NCBI GenBank assembly: GCA_963833555.1
Contig: CAWHYB010000002.1
Location: 209,666-273,665 of the forward strand
Length of the DNA stretch: 64,000 nt
Source of the DNA: an uncultured Actinomycetes bacterium
GTDB taxonomy: Bacteria; Actinomycetota; Thermoleophilia; UBA2241
Direction of reading: 5' to 3'
The position numbers and the translations under genes were made by a program. Each line of letters starts with the position of its first letter. The stretch's first letter is position 1. The notes beneath the pieces are model-generated. The model ran no database searches. It saw only the letters and a program-made list of their open reading frames with translations, and was not told the origin of the DNA. Below, piece by piece: positions 20,904-28,973 of this stretch.

Positions 20904-21742
20904 AACGGCGACGTCACCCGCACTGCGGCCTCGGCCTCGCCGAGGCCGGGATCCGCGGTAGCCGCCCGGCAGAGCTTCTCGAGCACGACCCTGGTACCGG
21001 TGTCCCCGGATTCGATCGTCACGGCGTCCATGAGGCGGTGCATGAGATACAGCCCCCTTCCGCAGGGCCGGGAGGGATCCGGCGCGAGGTCCCAGCGCCG
21101 GCCGTCCGCGGCAAACCCCGGGCCTCTGTCGGTGACCTCGACTATGACCAGGCCGGAAGCTACCGAAACGGTCACGCGAGCCTCGCCGGGATCGTGGACG
21201 ACGGCATTGTTGTAGGCCTCCTGCGTGGCAAGGACGACGTCGTCGGCGGCGTCATGGTCGATGCCGCGACTCGCGAGCAGTCCTCTTAGGGCGACGCGGA
21301 GTTCGGCGGCGTTGTCGTCGGCGAGTGAGAGGACGACGCTGTGGCGGGCGGGCGGCGCCGTGCGCCGCCCGCCCGCCACACCGATGCGCGCGCCGAGCAG
21401 CGACGCCAGGACACCGCTCGCGTTCCAGCCGCCGATGGCCACGGCGGCCACGGCGATCTGGCCGCCCGTGTGCAGCGGCGTCATGAAACAGACGAACAAC
21501 GTCCCGGTGAACAGGCCGACAGTGAGAGCCGCTTCCCACCCGGCGAGCACGCCTGCCAGCACCGCAGCCACGGCGAAGAAGGCGGCGCCGAGCATGGCGG
21601 CGCTCCACGACGACGCAGCATCACCGAGCATCACCAGCAAAGCGGCGTCGACGCACAGGCTGACGATAAGGATGAAGCGTCGGCGGCTCCCGCCGGCGCC
21701 CATCATCGGAACGATCTCACGTTGCGGAAGGCCCCCACCCAC
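20900..21742 (-). CDS. Membrane-anchored HATPase_c protein (RsbW/SpoIIAB-like anti-sigma serine kinase domain)
   Basis: N-terminal half has about 4 hydrophobic helices. C-terminal half reads ATQEAYNNAVVH...VEVTDRGPGF...GRGLYLMHRLMD. Confidence 0.65.
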   Translation of the reverse strand: MGGGLPQREIVPMMGAGGSRRRFILIVSLCVDAALLVMLGDAASSWSAAMLGAAFFAVAAVLAGVLAGWEAALTVGLFTGTLFVCFMTPLHTGGQIAVAAVAIGGWNASGVLASLLGARIGVAGGRRTAPPARHSVVLSLADDNAAELRVALRGLLASRGIDHDAADDVVLATQEAYNNAVVHDPGEARVTVSVASGLVIVEVTDRGPGFAADGRRWDLAPDPSRPCGRGLYLMHRLMDAVTIESGDTGTRVVLEKLCRAATADPGLGEAEAAVRVTSPF

Positions 21743-21884
21743 TCTGGTTCCCTGCTCCCGTCAGCTCTTGCCCGACCGCCCTGTGCGCGAAACGCCAACG
21801 TGTTGCCTGGCGAGACAATCGGCCGAGTAGAGGCCGAGGGCCCAGAGCTGCCCGCATCTCCACCACTCCCGCGAACGGCACCGG

Positions 21885-22304
21885 TCACTCCCGGGTCGCC
21901 GGATACAGCCACACGAGCAGCGCGAGGCCGATCGACAGCGGCGCGAGCACGAGCCAAGTCCGCAGCCGCGATCCGTCGACCGCCAGCCGCCAGAGGAGCG
22001 ACATCGCGGCGACCCCGGTGAAGACCAACTCCACCTGGAAGAGGGCCCGGTTGCGGACCGGGTCGCGGGCGACGGCGAAGGCGCCGAAGGCGAAGGCGAT
22101 CAGCGCTCCGCCCAGGATCCGCACCGATGTCAGATTGGCGGCCTCAGCCACGGGCCCGAGAGCGAAGATCAGCGGCACGCTGGCCGCGAGACACAGCAGA
22201 GCGTAGGCGAGCTCGACCACCACCAGCGCCCTTCGGCGTCCGGCCTTGCCCAAGGGGCACTTCTCGGGCCTGCTCAGGCGATGCTCTGGACCACTCTGGG
22301 CCAT
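21885..22304 (-). CDS. Small integral membrane protein, function unknown
   Basis: 139-aa ORF with 4 hydrophobic segments. No recognisable motif. Confidence 0.45.
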   Translation of the reverse strand: MAQSGPEHRLSRPEKCPLGKAGRRRALVVVELAYALLCLAASVPLIFALGPVAEAANLTSVRILGGALIAFAFGAFAVARDPVRNRALFQVELVFTGVAAMSLLWRLAVDGSRLRTWLVLAPLSIGLALLVWLYPATRE

Positions 22305-22330
22305 GCGGCTGCCCTTCGACGTGGTAGTAG

Positions 22331-22405
22331 TGGTGGGCGATGCTGGATTTGAACCAGCGACTCCCTGCTTGTAAGGCAGGTGCTCTACCCCTGAGCTAAT
22401 CGCCC
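22331..22405 (-). tRNA. tRNA-Val (anticodon UAC), CCA encoded
   Basis: The reverse complement GGGCGATTAGCTCAGGGGTAGAGCACCTGCCTTACAAGCAGGGAGTCGCTGGTTCAAATCCAGCATCGCCCACCA folds into a canonical 75-nt cloverleaf. Anticodon loop CUUACAA. Confidence 0.9.
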
Positions 22406-22474
22406 ACGATGACGGTGTGGCGCGGCCGGGCGCCGGCCAACGCAGATTATACAGACCGTGGGTAGACAGTCCGC

Positions 22475-22680
22475 GTGGACATGAGCCCAGGCAACGGCCT
22501 CTCCGACCCGGTCAAGCTGACCGTCGCGGGTCTCTCGCATGTCGTGGACGATCGGGATGGCGGCCGGCGGGCGATCCTGGACGACGTGTCGTTCAGCGCG
22601 CCCGCCGGCCGCTTCTTCACCATCGTCGGCCTTCGGGGAGCGGCCTGCGGCAGATCGCGCGCGGCGCGGCCGACGCCTGA
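22475..22680 (+). pseudogene. Remnant of an ABC-transporter ATP-binding protein (N-terminal stub only)
   Basis: LTVAGLSHVV...AILDDVSFSAPAGRFFTIVG is followed, after a frameshift, by PSGSG. The rest of the Walker A motif and all downstream motifs are missing, with a stop soon after. Confidence 0.5.
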
Positions 22681-22937
22681 CCACAGAGCATCTCTCAAGA
22701 ACCACCGAAAGGTTCCGCTGGCGCAGACGTTACAGGGGATAGTGAGGGCGACGCACCGTCGTGAGACGGGGAGGTAGAACGGCGCGCCGCCCTCGTTGCC
22801 TTCAGCCGCCGGCGTCTCGGGCAGGGATTGCCGGGGTCGAAGGACCTTGTCACTCTAGCCTTCCACACCTGCGGCTGACCAGCCCCTGAACGTTTGTCTA
22901 GGGGCTTCCCTCAGGCAGCCGGCGGCGGGAAGCACCG

Positions 22938-22976
22938 GGGGCGGGGGAGCGGACGTCCCGCCCGCTCCCCCGCCCC
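22938..22976 (-). terminator. GC-rich hairpin (15-bp stem) after the pilX-like gene
   Basis: GGGGCGGGGGAGCGG-acgtcccgc-CCGCTCCCCCGCCCC, located 12 nt downstream of the stop at 22988. Confidence 0.6.
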
Positions 22977-22987
22977 TCACGCGCTCG

Positions 22988-24181
22988 TCACCTGGGCGAC
23001 AGCTGCCGCCAGGTGTTGGGCACGACCTGGGCTGCCAGCGGGATGACCTTGCTGATGTTCTGGATCACGTTGTCGTTGTAGACGATCTGCTCGGAGCCAC
23101 CGATGTCGGAGCCCTTCGTCGGGTCGAGCGAGACCACCATGCCGTGGATCGAGGCGTTACCTGTGTCGACGAAGCCGCCGCGACAGATCACGACACCGTA
23201 GTAGGTCGGGGTGCCGTGGAAGGTCACACCGCCGCCGTCGACGATGAGGATGCCCGGCGGCTTGACGGCGCCCGCTGGGAGGCTCACGCCGTCGCCGTTG
23301 AACGTACCGTTCGCCGTGATCGTGATGTCGCTCGTCGTCTTGAGGTACACGAGCGGACCGGTCGCCAGCGCGGCCGTGGCCGCCGAGACGTCTGTGTAGT
23401 AGCGGCCTTGCTCTTGAGCGACCTGCTTGAGGGCGTCCATCACCTCGGGCGAGAAGACGGAGTTCGCCGGCGGGATCGCGACGCCCGAACCGGTCACGTT
23501 GGGTCCCGCCGAATTGACGCACGAGGCGAAGTCGTTGCTGCCGTTCTGGGTCAGCGTGCCCCCCACCCAGACCGTCACCGTGTTCGAGCCGGGTGGGAAG
23601 ACCTCGCAGTCGATCGAGGTGCCCCCGCCGTGCGACCGCAGGTCGCCGCCGGCATACAGGGCGATCCCTCGCGGCAGCTGCACGTTGACGGGCGACATCT
23701 CGACCAGCGCCCGCACGCGAGCCGTCTGGTTGCCGACGGTCGCCTGGGTGTCGACGAACATCATGAAGTCCTCGTTCGCGTCGTAGTGCGCGTCGCGATT
23801 GTCGATGACGCCGTCACCGTTCGTGTCGGAGTTGTCGTAGAACTGCACGTCGACGAACTTCGCGCCGCTGATGATCGGATTGGGGTACTCGGTCGTACTG
23901 AAGGCCGCGCGGAAGGGCGTCGGAGCGACCGACGGCAGCAGCGTGGGCGTCGTAGACGGGGACGGTCCCGGCGTGGGCCAGTTGCGGCCGAGCACGAAGA
24001 GACCGTTGTCCATGCCGGCCTCGGCGATGCTGAACGCCTTTGCCTTGGTGCGGTCTGTCGCGGTGTTCCCGCTGACGTTGATCGTGAGCGCGACCAGCGT
24101 CGTTGCGAGTATCGCCAACGCGGCCACCATGCCGATCAGCAGGATCAGGCTCGAGCCCTGCTGGGTGCGAAGTCTGGTCAT
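22988..24181 (-). CDS. PilX-like minor pilin / pilus-associated protein
   Basis: N-terminus MTRLRTQQGSSLILLIGMVAALAILATTLVAL...AKAFSIAEAGMD has the PilX N-terminal pattern with no Glu at +5. Large Gly/Thr-rich C-terminal domain. Uninterrupted 397 aa. Confidence 0.65.
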   Translation of the reverse strand: MTRLRTQQGSSLILLIGMVAALAILATTLVALTINVSGNTATDRTKAKAFSIAEAGMDNGLFVLGRNWPTPGPSPSTTPTLLPSVAPTPFRAAFSTTEYPNPIISGAKFVDVQFYDNSDTNGDGVIDNRDAHYDANEDFMMFVDTQATVGNQTARVRALVEMSPVNVQLPRGIALYAGGDLRSHGGGTSIDCEVFPPGSNTVTVWVGGTLTQNGSNDFASCVNSAGPNVTGSGVAIPPANSVFSPEVMDALKQVAQEQGRYYTDVSAATAALATGPLVYLKTTSDITITANGTFNGDGVSLPAGAVKPPGILIVDGGGVTFHGTPTYYGVVICRGGFVDTGNASIHGMVVSLDPTKGSDIGGSEQIVYNDNVIQNISKVIPLAAQVVPNTWRQLSPR

Positions 24182-24193
24182 GTCCGAACCCTC

Positions 24194-24877
24194 CTAGGTT
24201 CCCCAGCGGCCGTTGCGCGGCTGGACCGTCGACTGCAGGTCCATGAACGTGGGCGACTTTCCGGGGTTGAGGTCGACAAGAATCCGGATCGTGACGTCGA
24301 CGATGCTCATGGTGGAGGCCACGCTCGACAAGTTCGAGGTATGCACGAGTGTGCCGGAAGCGTCGTAGTACGAGTAGATGAACACCGGCGTCTGCGCGTA
24401 GGCCGTCCCGAACATCGTCGAGGCCTTGGTGTTGTTGACCAGGTTGCTCAGGATCACCTGGCCGGTGTTATTGGTCAGCGACCCGTTGCCGTCGCTGTCG
24501 ACGGTCCGCACGATCGTGCCCGTCGCGGCGAAGTACTGGTAGCGCACCAGCCGGGGAACGAGCGCCTGGTCAAGGTTGCCGACCTCATTGAAGGTCGTCG
24601 AGAAGATCACCGTGTTGAGTCCGGCGCTCTGGACGGGTGCATAGCCGGCCCGGCTCTGGGCGTCGCGCAGCTCCATGACCATACGGGTCATGGCCTGGCG
24701 GGCGTTGTCGCGCGCCTCGCTGCTGCGCACGGAGTAGGCGAACGAGTCGTTCAGGGTGAACCAGGTGAGATAGAGCATGGTCGAAAGGATGGCCATGATG
24801 ATCATCCCGACAAGCAGCTCCATCAGGGTGACGCCCTCCTGACCGCGCAGGCGGCCCACCACCGAGGAGCGGCTCAT
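24194..24877 (-). CDS. Type IV pilin-like minor pilin (PilW-like), prepilin-type N-terminal cleavage/methylation motif
   Basis: GQEG|VTLMELLVGMIIMAILS has G at -1 and E at +5. The start overlaps the upstream stop (ATGA). Confidence 0.7.
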   Translation of the reverse strand: MSRSSVVGRLRGQEGVTLMELLVGMIIMAILSTMLYLTWFTLNDSFAYSVRSSEARDNARQAMTRMVMELRDAQSRAGYAPVQSAGLNTVIFSTTFNEVGNLDQALVPRLVRYQYFAATGTIVRTVDSDGNGSLTNNTGQVILSNLVNNTKASTMFGTAYAQTPVFIYSYYDASGTLVHTSNLSSVASTMSIVDVTIRILVDLNPGKSPTFMDLQSTVQPRNGRWGT

Positions 24878-26640
24878 GGGTAGGTCACCGTGAGGCTGTA
24901 GACAGAGCCGTTCGTCCATGCCTGCTCCTTGCCGACCTGCTCGACCCCGTTGAACGTCACATAGGTGTACACGGGGCCCGCGACTACAGACCACGCCGTG
25001 GGGCCGCCCTTCTTGCCCTTTGCGGCCGTCACAGTCCCGACGAGCGTGTGTGCGCCGCTCTTGCTGCCGCTATAGAGCTGCACCACGAGGCTCGGGTTGC
25101 CGCTGCCGCTGTAGTTGTTCACGGCCGTGACCGAGATGCTGTAGCTGGGAGGCGGCGGGGCCGCGTCTGTGGTGACCGCGTTCGAGGCGCCGTAGCTCGG
25201 CGACGTGCCGCTCGGGTTGCCGGCGGCGTCGTAGGCGACGATGCGGTAGTAGTAGGTGGTCGTGTTGGCGACGCCCGTGTCGGAGTAGGTCGGCGACACG
25301 GAGGCAGGCGCCTGGCCGACGAGCTGCCAGCCGCTCGTCCAGGTGGCGGTGCTGCTGGTCGCACGGTAGACGTTGTAGTGGTCGACGCCCACGTCGTCGG
25401 TCGACGCCGTCCAGGTCAGGTTGACCTGGGCGGTGTTGGGGACCTTGGTCGCCACCACGTTGGTCGGGGCCGTCGGGGCGGTCGTGTCCGCCGGCGGCGT
25501 CAGACTCGCGTTCACCGCGGTGCACAACGGCCCGACGTTCGCGGGCGTCCAGCTATCGGTCGCACAGAGCGCGTAGTGGTACGTGTGGCCCAACGACACG
25601 CCCGTGTCGAGGTAGCCCGCCGTGGCCGTGATCGGCGCCAGGTTGTCGGCGAGCACGTGCCAGGTCATGTCGCCGTCGACCCTCCGATACAGCGTGTAGT
25701 AGCTGATGTCGGATGCGGGCGACGGTGTCCAGGTCAGCTTGATCGATGACGCCAGCGAGGTAGCGGTGAGACCCGCGGGCGCGTCGGGTGGGCCGGTCTC
25801 GAGTATGTAGGTGTTCTGGAACGGCTTGCCGATGCCGGCGCCCTTGGCGCCGATCATGCCCGCCGTGGCGACGGCCACGAACGTGTAGTTGCCGTCACGG
25901 TAGCCCGCAGGGTTCCAGGTCACGCCGTAGATGCCCGAGTTGGTGGCGTCGGTCGCAAGGTGCACGATCTCTTGTTGGAACACCTGCTGTCCGTTGTTGT
26001 CGAGGACCATGAACGTGACGGAATAGGTGTTGGCGATGTCGTTCGGGTCGATAAGCACACCAAGCGTGACCGGCTTCGCATTGATGTACCAGTAGTCGAG
26101 ACCGTCGCTGGTCGATGCCTGTTGCAGCGGGGTCACCGAGAACGTGTTGATGCGCGGTCCGGCGTACTGGCGGTAGATGAACGTCTGCAGCCGGGCGTGC
26201 TTGACGGGGCTCGGGTTCCCCGTCCAGTACACATCGACCGACACCTGCTTGAACTCCTCGAAGCCGCCGGCGTCGTGCATGACCACGACGCTGTAGTCGA
26301 TCGTGAAGTTGCGCGAGTTCGTGGAGCTCGAGTACGAGCTCTCGGTGGGTCCGAACTGGCCGCCCACGAACGCCGGGTCGTAGAGGTTCGGTGTGCTCTG
26401 GTTCGCGGACTTATCGGCCGGGTTCGCCTCGATCTGATCGTAGTGCAGCTGGCGGATCTTCTCCATCTTCTCGCGTGCGATGTTCAGGGCGATGTTGCGG
26501 AAGCTGTCGGACGCGTTTCGCTGAATCGCATCGACGAACAACGGCACCATGGCCGAGAACACGATGCCGGCCAGGACGATCGTCACGAGCAATTCCATGA
26601 GACTGAAGCCGCGTTGGCGGCGAGAGTCGGCTCTCTTCAT
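24874..26640 (-). CDS. Large type IV pilin-like protein (PilV/FimT-like N-terminus) with two FN3-like domains
   Basis: RQRG|FSLMELLVTIVLAGIVFSAMVPLF is a prepilin motif (F+1, E+5). Later come IKLTWTPSPASDISYYTLYRR and VNLTWTASTDDVGVDHYNVYRA, both FN3-like. GGAGG lies 6 nt before the ATG at 26640. Confidence 0.7.
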   Translation of the reverse strand: MKRADSRRQRGFSLMELLVTIVLAGIVFSAMVPLFVDAIQRNASDSFRNIALNIAREKMEKIRQLHYDQIEANPADKSANQSTPNLYDPAFVGGQFGPTESSYSSSTNSRNFTIDYSVVVMHDAGGFEEFKQVSVDVYWTGNPSPVKHARLQTFIYRQYAGPRINTFSVTPLQQASTSDGLDYWYINAKPVTLGVLIDPNDIANTYSVTFMVLDNNGQQVFQQEIVHLATDATNSGIYGVTWNPAGYRDGNYTFVAVATAGMIGAKGAGIGKPFQNTYILETGPPDAPAGLTATSLASSIKLTWTPSPASDISYYTLYRRVDGDMTWHVLADNLAPITATAGYLDTGVSLGHTYHYALCATDSWTPANVGPLCTAVNASLTPPADTTAPTAPTNVVATKVPNTAQVNLTWTASTDDVGVDHYNVYRATSSTATWTSGWQLVGQAPASVSPTYSDTGVANTTTYYYRIVAYDAAGNPSGTSPSYGASNAVTTDAAPPPPSYSISVTAVNNYSGSGNPSLVVQLYSGSKSGAHTLVGTVTAAKGKKGGPTAWSVVAGPVYTYVTFNGVEQVGKEQAWTNGSVYSLTVTYP

Positions 26641-26844
26641 GGCAGCCTCCGACCTCAGGGGACCTGTACGACTCCTATCGGCAGACCCCGGTGTTTCATG
26701 AACGGCCGGCGCACAGCTCCAGCCCGCCGTACGCGTAGCTTCCGTACCAGCTGGTGCGCGCGTTCCCTCTAGTCGGGCGCCGCCGAGGATTCTTCTGTCA
26801 CTGCTGGTCTCGTTCATGCCTCGGTCCTCGTTCCTTGCACCGGT

Positions 26845-28200
26845 CTAGGGCGTCTGCACGGAGTCGACCAGGACGCGCCACGTCTCGCCGTCTCGCCGGA
26901 TGATGAGCGGAAGGTTGCCGCCTGCGGAGCCCGAGACGATGCCGGCAGCCCAGACCACGCCGTCCTGCGCCGTGGTCACCGAGCGCACGCTCGCGGTCGA
27001 TCCGGCCTGCAGCTGCGGACCGGCGTCGGAGGCGTCGCGCCACGCCTGGCCGTCCCAGCGCGCCAGGCCGTCGCGTCCGCAGATCCAGATGCCGTTCCCG
27101 GCGGCCGCGATCGTGGTGCCCGCCACGTCGAAGGGCGCCCTCACGTCGGTCCAGCTCGCGCCGTCCCAGTGATGCAGGAGCATGCCGCCACCTACCCAGA
27201 CGTTGTCGGGGGCCAAGGCGGCGGCGGTCGACAGACCGCCGCCGCCGGCGACCGTCGTCCCGCTCTGACTGCTCGCAGCGCGCGCGAGCGTGCCCGGCGC
27301 CACCGACCACGAACTGCCGTTCCAGCGCAGCGCCACACCCGTGACGCCGTCGGCCGCGGTCCCGACCGTCCACACGTCATCGCTCGATGACCCGGATACT
27401 GCCTCGAGCGCGCCGCCGTCGCTCGCCGCCGGCAGCTGCGTCGCCTGCCATGAAGCGCCGTCCCAGTGCAGGGCGAGCGGCGTACCGTCGCGGGCGCCGA
27501 CCGCCCAGACGTCGTTCGAGGCCAGGGCGGTGAGGCCGTGCAGGACGGCGCCCTGCAGGGCGCCGTCCTGCACGGCCTCCCAAAGCGTGCCGTTCCAATG
27601 CACCATCGAGCCGCTCTCGCTGAGCGCCCACGCTTCGCCGTCGCGCGCCGCCGTCACGGCGGTCAGGTTGCCGAGATCGGGAGCAGGAGTCTCGCGCCAG
27701 GCTGTGCCGTTCCAATGAAGGACGAATGAGCGACTCAGCCCACTGCCCGGCGCGATCGTCGCGCCCACCGCCCAGACGTCCGCAGGCCCGCCGACGGCGA
27801 TCGCCGAGAGTCCGTAGCCGGCGGTGGCGCCTGTCTGGCCGTCCGTCGCGGATGAGGTCGCCGAGACTGCAGGGCTCGGCGACTGGACGTAGGCCGGCGC
27901 CACCGCTCCCGGGGTGCCGATCAGCTGGTTGGCGGCCGGCGTGGGCGTCAGCCCCGTCTCCGGCCGCGTCGCCAGGAACCCGGCCCCCAGCGCGACGACG
28001 CCGACGACCAGCACGGCGGCCCAGGCGAGCACCCGGCGACGTGCCGGCCGCGCGAGACGCCGTGCGCCTGCGCGAGTGTCGCGGGTGGGAACGGTCTCGC
28101 GACCCGTCGTACGCTGCGCTGCGCCTTCGGCGTCGGCGCAGCGCACGATCTCGGTGCGCAGATCGCTTAGAAAGTCATCGAAGCGGCGATCCACCGTCAT
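26845..28200 (-). CDS. Single-pass membrane protein with a 7-repeat beta-propeller ectodomain; anti-sigma factor by position
   Basis: Short cytoplasmic N-terminus, one TM (VLAWAAVLVVGVVALGAGFL), then about 7 repeats of the type VWAVG...HW(N/D)G(T/A/S)xW. Overlaps the 3' end of the ECF sigma gene. No zf-HC2 motif seen. Confidence 0.55.
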   Translation of the reverse strand: MTVDRRFDDFLSDLRTEIVRCADAEGAAQRTTGRETVPTRDTRAGARRLARPARRRVLAWAAVLVVGVVALGAGFLATRPETGLTPTPAANQLIGTPGAVAPAYVQSPSPAVSATSSATDGQTGATAGYGLSAIAVGGPADVWAVGATIAPGSGLSRSFVLHWNGTAWRETPAPDLGNLTAVTAARDGEAWALSESGSMVHWNGTLWEAVQDGALQGAVLHGLTALASNDVWAVGARDGTPLALHWDGASWQATQLPAASDGGALEAVSGSSSDDVWTVGTAADGVTGVALRWNGSSWSVAPGTLARAASSQSGTTVAGGGGLSTAAALAPDNVWVGGGMLLHHWDGASWTDVRAPFDVAGTTIAAAGNGIWICGRDGLARWDGQAWRDASDAGPQLQAGSTASVRSVTTAQDGVVWAAGIVSGSAGGNLPLIIRRDGETWRVLVDSVQTP

Positions 28201-28774
28201 CCCTCAGGATCTCGAGATCGCGCGCCAGCGCCTTCAGTCCGCGACTCACACGCTGGCGCACGAGCGCCTCGCTGCAGCCGACGAGCACGGCCGCGTCGGC
28301 GTAGGACTTGCCTTCGACCACCCGCAGCAGGACGGCTTGTCGCTGGTCGCCCTTGAGTCTGTCGAGCGCGCCGGTCACGGCGTCACGCACGCGCTCGAGA
28401 TCGATCAGTTCCTCGGCACGCTCCAGCGCGTCGGGCGCCACCTGCAGTGACTCCATGCCCAGCCGCTCGCGCCACCGCGACTCGACGCGCTGTTTGTGGA
28501 TGAAGCGATTGAGCTGGCGCCGGGCGATCGTGTAGAGCCACGCGGTCGCCGCACCGGGGCCCGGATTGAGAAAGCCGGAGCGGCCGGCAAAGGCCTGCGC
28601 GAAAGTCTCGGCCGTCAGGTCGGCCGCCACCTGCGAGTCGTAGGTGCGACGGGCGAAGAACGACAGCAGCCGCCGGGCGTGACGGTCGTAGAAGGCTACG
28701 AACTCCTCGGGGCATGCGGCCGATCCCTCCAGCAACTCCTCGTCGCTGGGCGACGAGGCGGTCGTGATCTCCAT
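28175..28774 (-). CDS. ECF-type sigma-70 family RNA polymerase sigma factor
   Basis: Region 2: FVAFYDRHARRLLSFFARRTYDSQVAADLTAETFAQAF...WLYTIARRQL. Region 4: LKGDQRQAVLLRVVEGKSYADAAVLVGCSEALVRQRVSRGLKAL. The start is uncertain (28774, 28855 or 28927). Confidence 0.8.
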   Translation of the reverse strand: MEITTASSPSDEELLEGSAACPEEFVAFYDRHARRLLSFFARRTYDSQVAADLTAETFAQAFAGRSGFLNPGPGAATAWLYTIARRQLNRFIHKQRVESRWRERLGMESLQVAPDALERAEELIDLERVRDAVTGALDRLKGDQRQAVLLRVVEGKSYADAAVLVGCSEALVRQRVSRGLKALARDLEILRDDGGSPLR

Positions 28775-28973
28775 GTCCTGCGACGTGGCTATGTCAACTA
28801 AGTGCACCGTGGCTCCGGTCTGTGACAGCTCGTGTGGTCCCAGAGAGAAATGCATCGGCGCAGCGCGGCTATCTCTGTAGCCGTTTGGGGCGACGGAGGG
28901 TGCCTCTTGGGCCGCCGAGGCGGCCATGGGGTCTAGTCCGCCCGACGAAGCGGGCAGGGCGGGAAGAACGCGG

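Noticed and set aside
22681-22937. A possible structured RNA (SRP, 6S, RNase P, tmRNA or riboswitch) in the ORF-free stretch beside tRNA-Val.
   Set aside because: Both strands were compared by eye with the conserved cores of these RNAs and nothing matched beyond short chance similarities such as GAGGGAAGCC.
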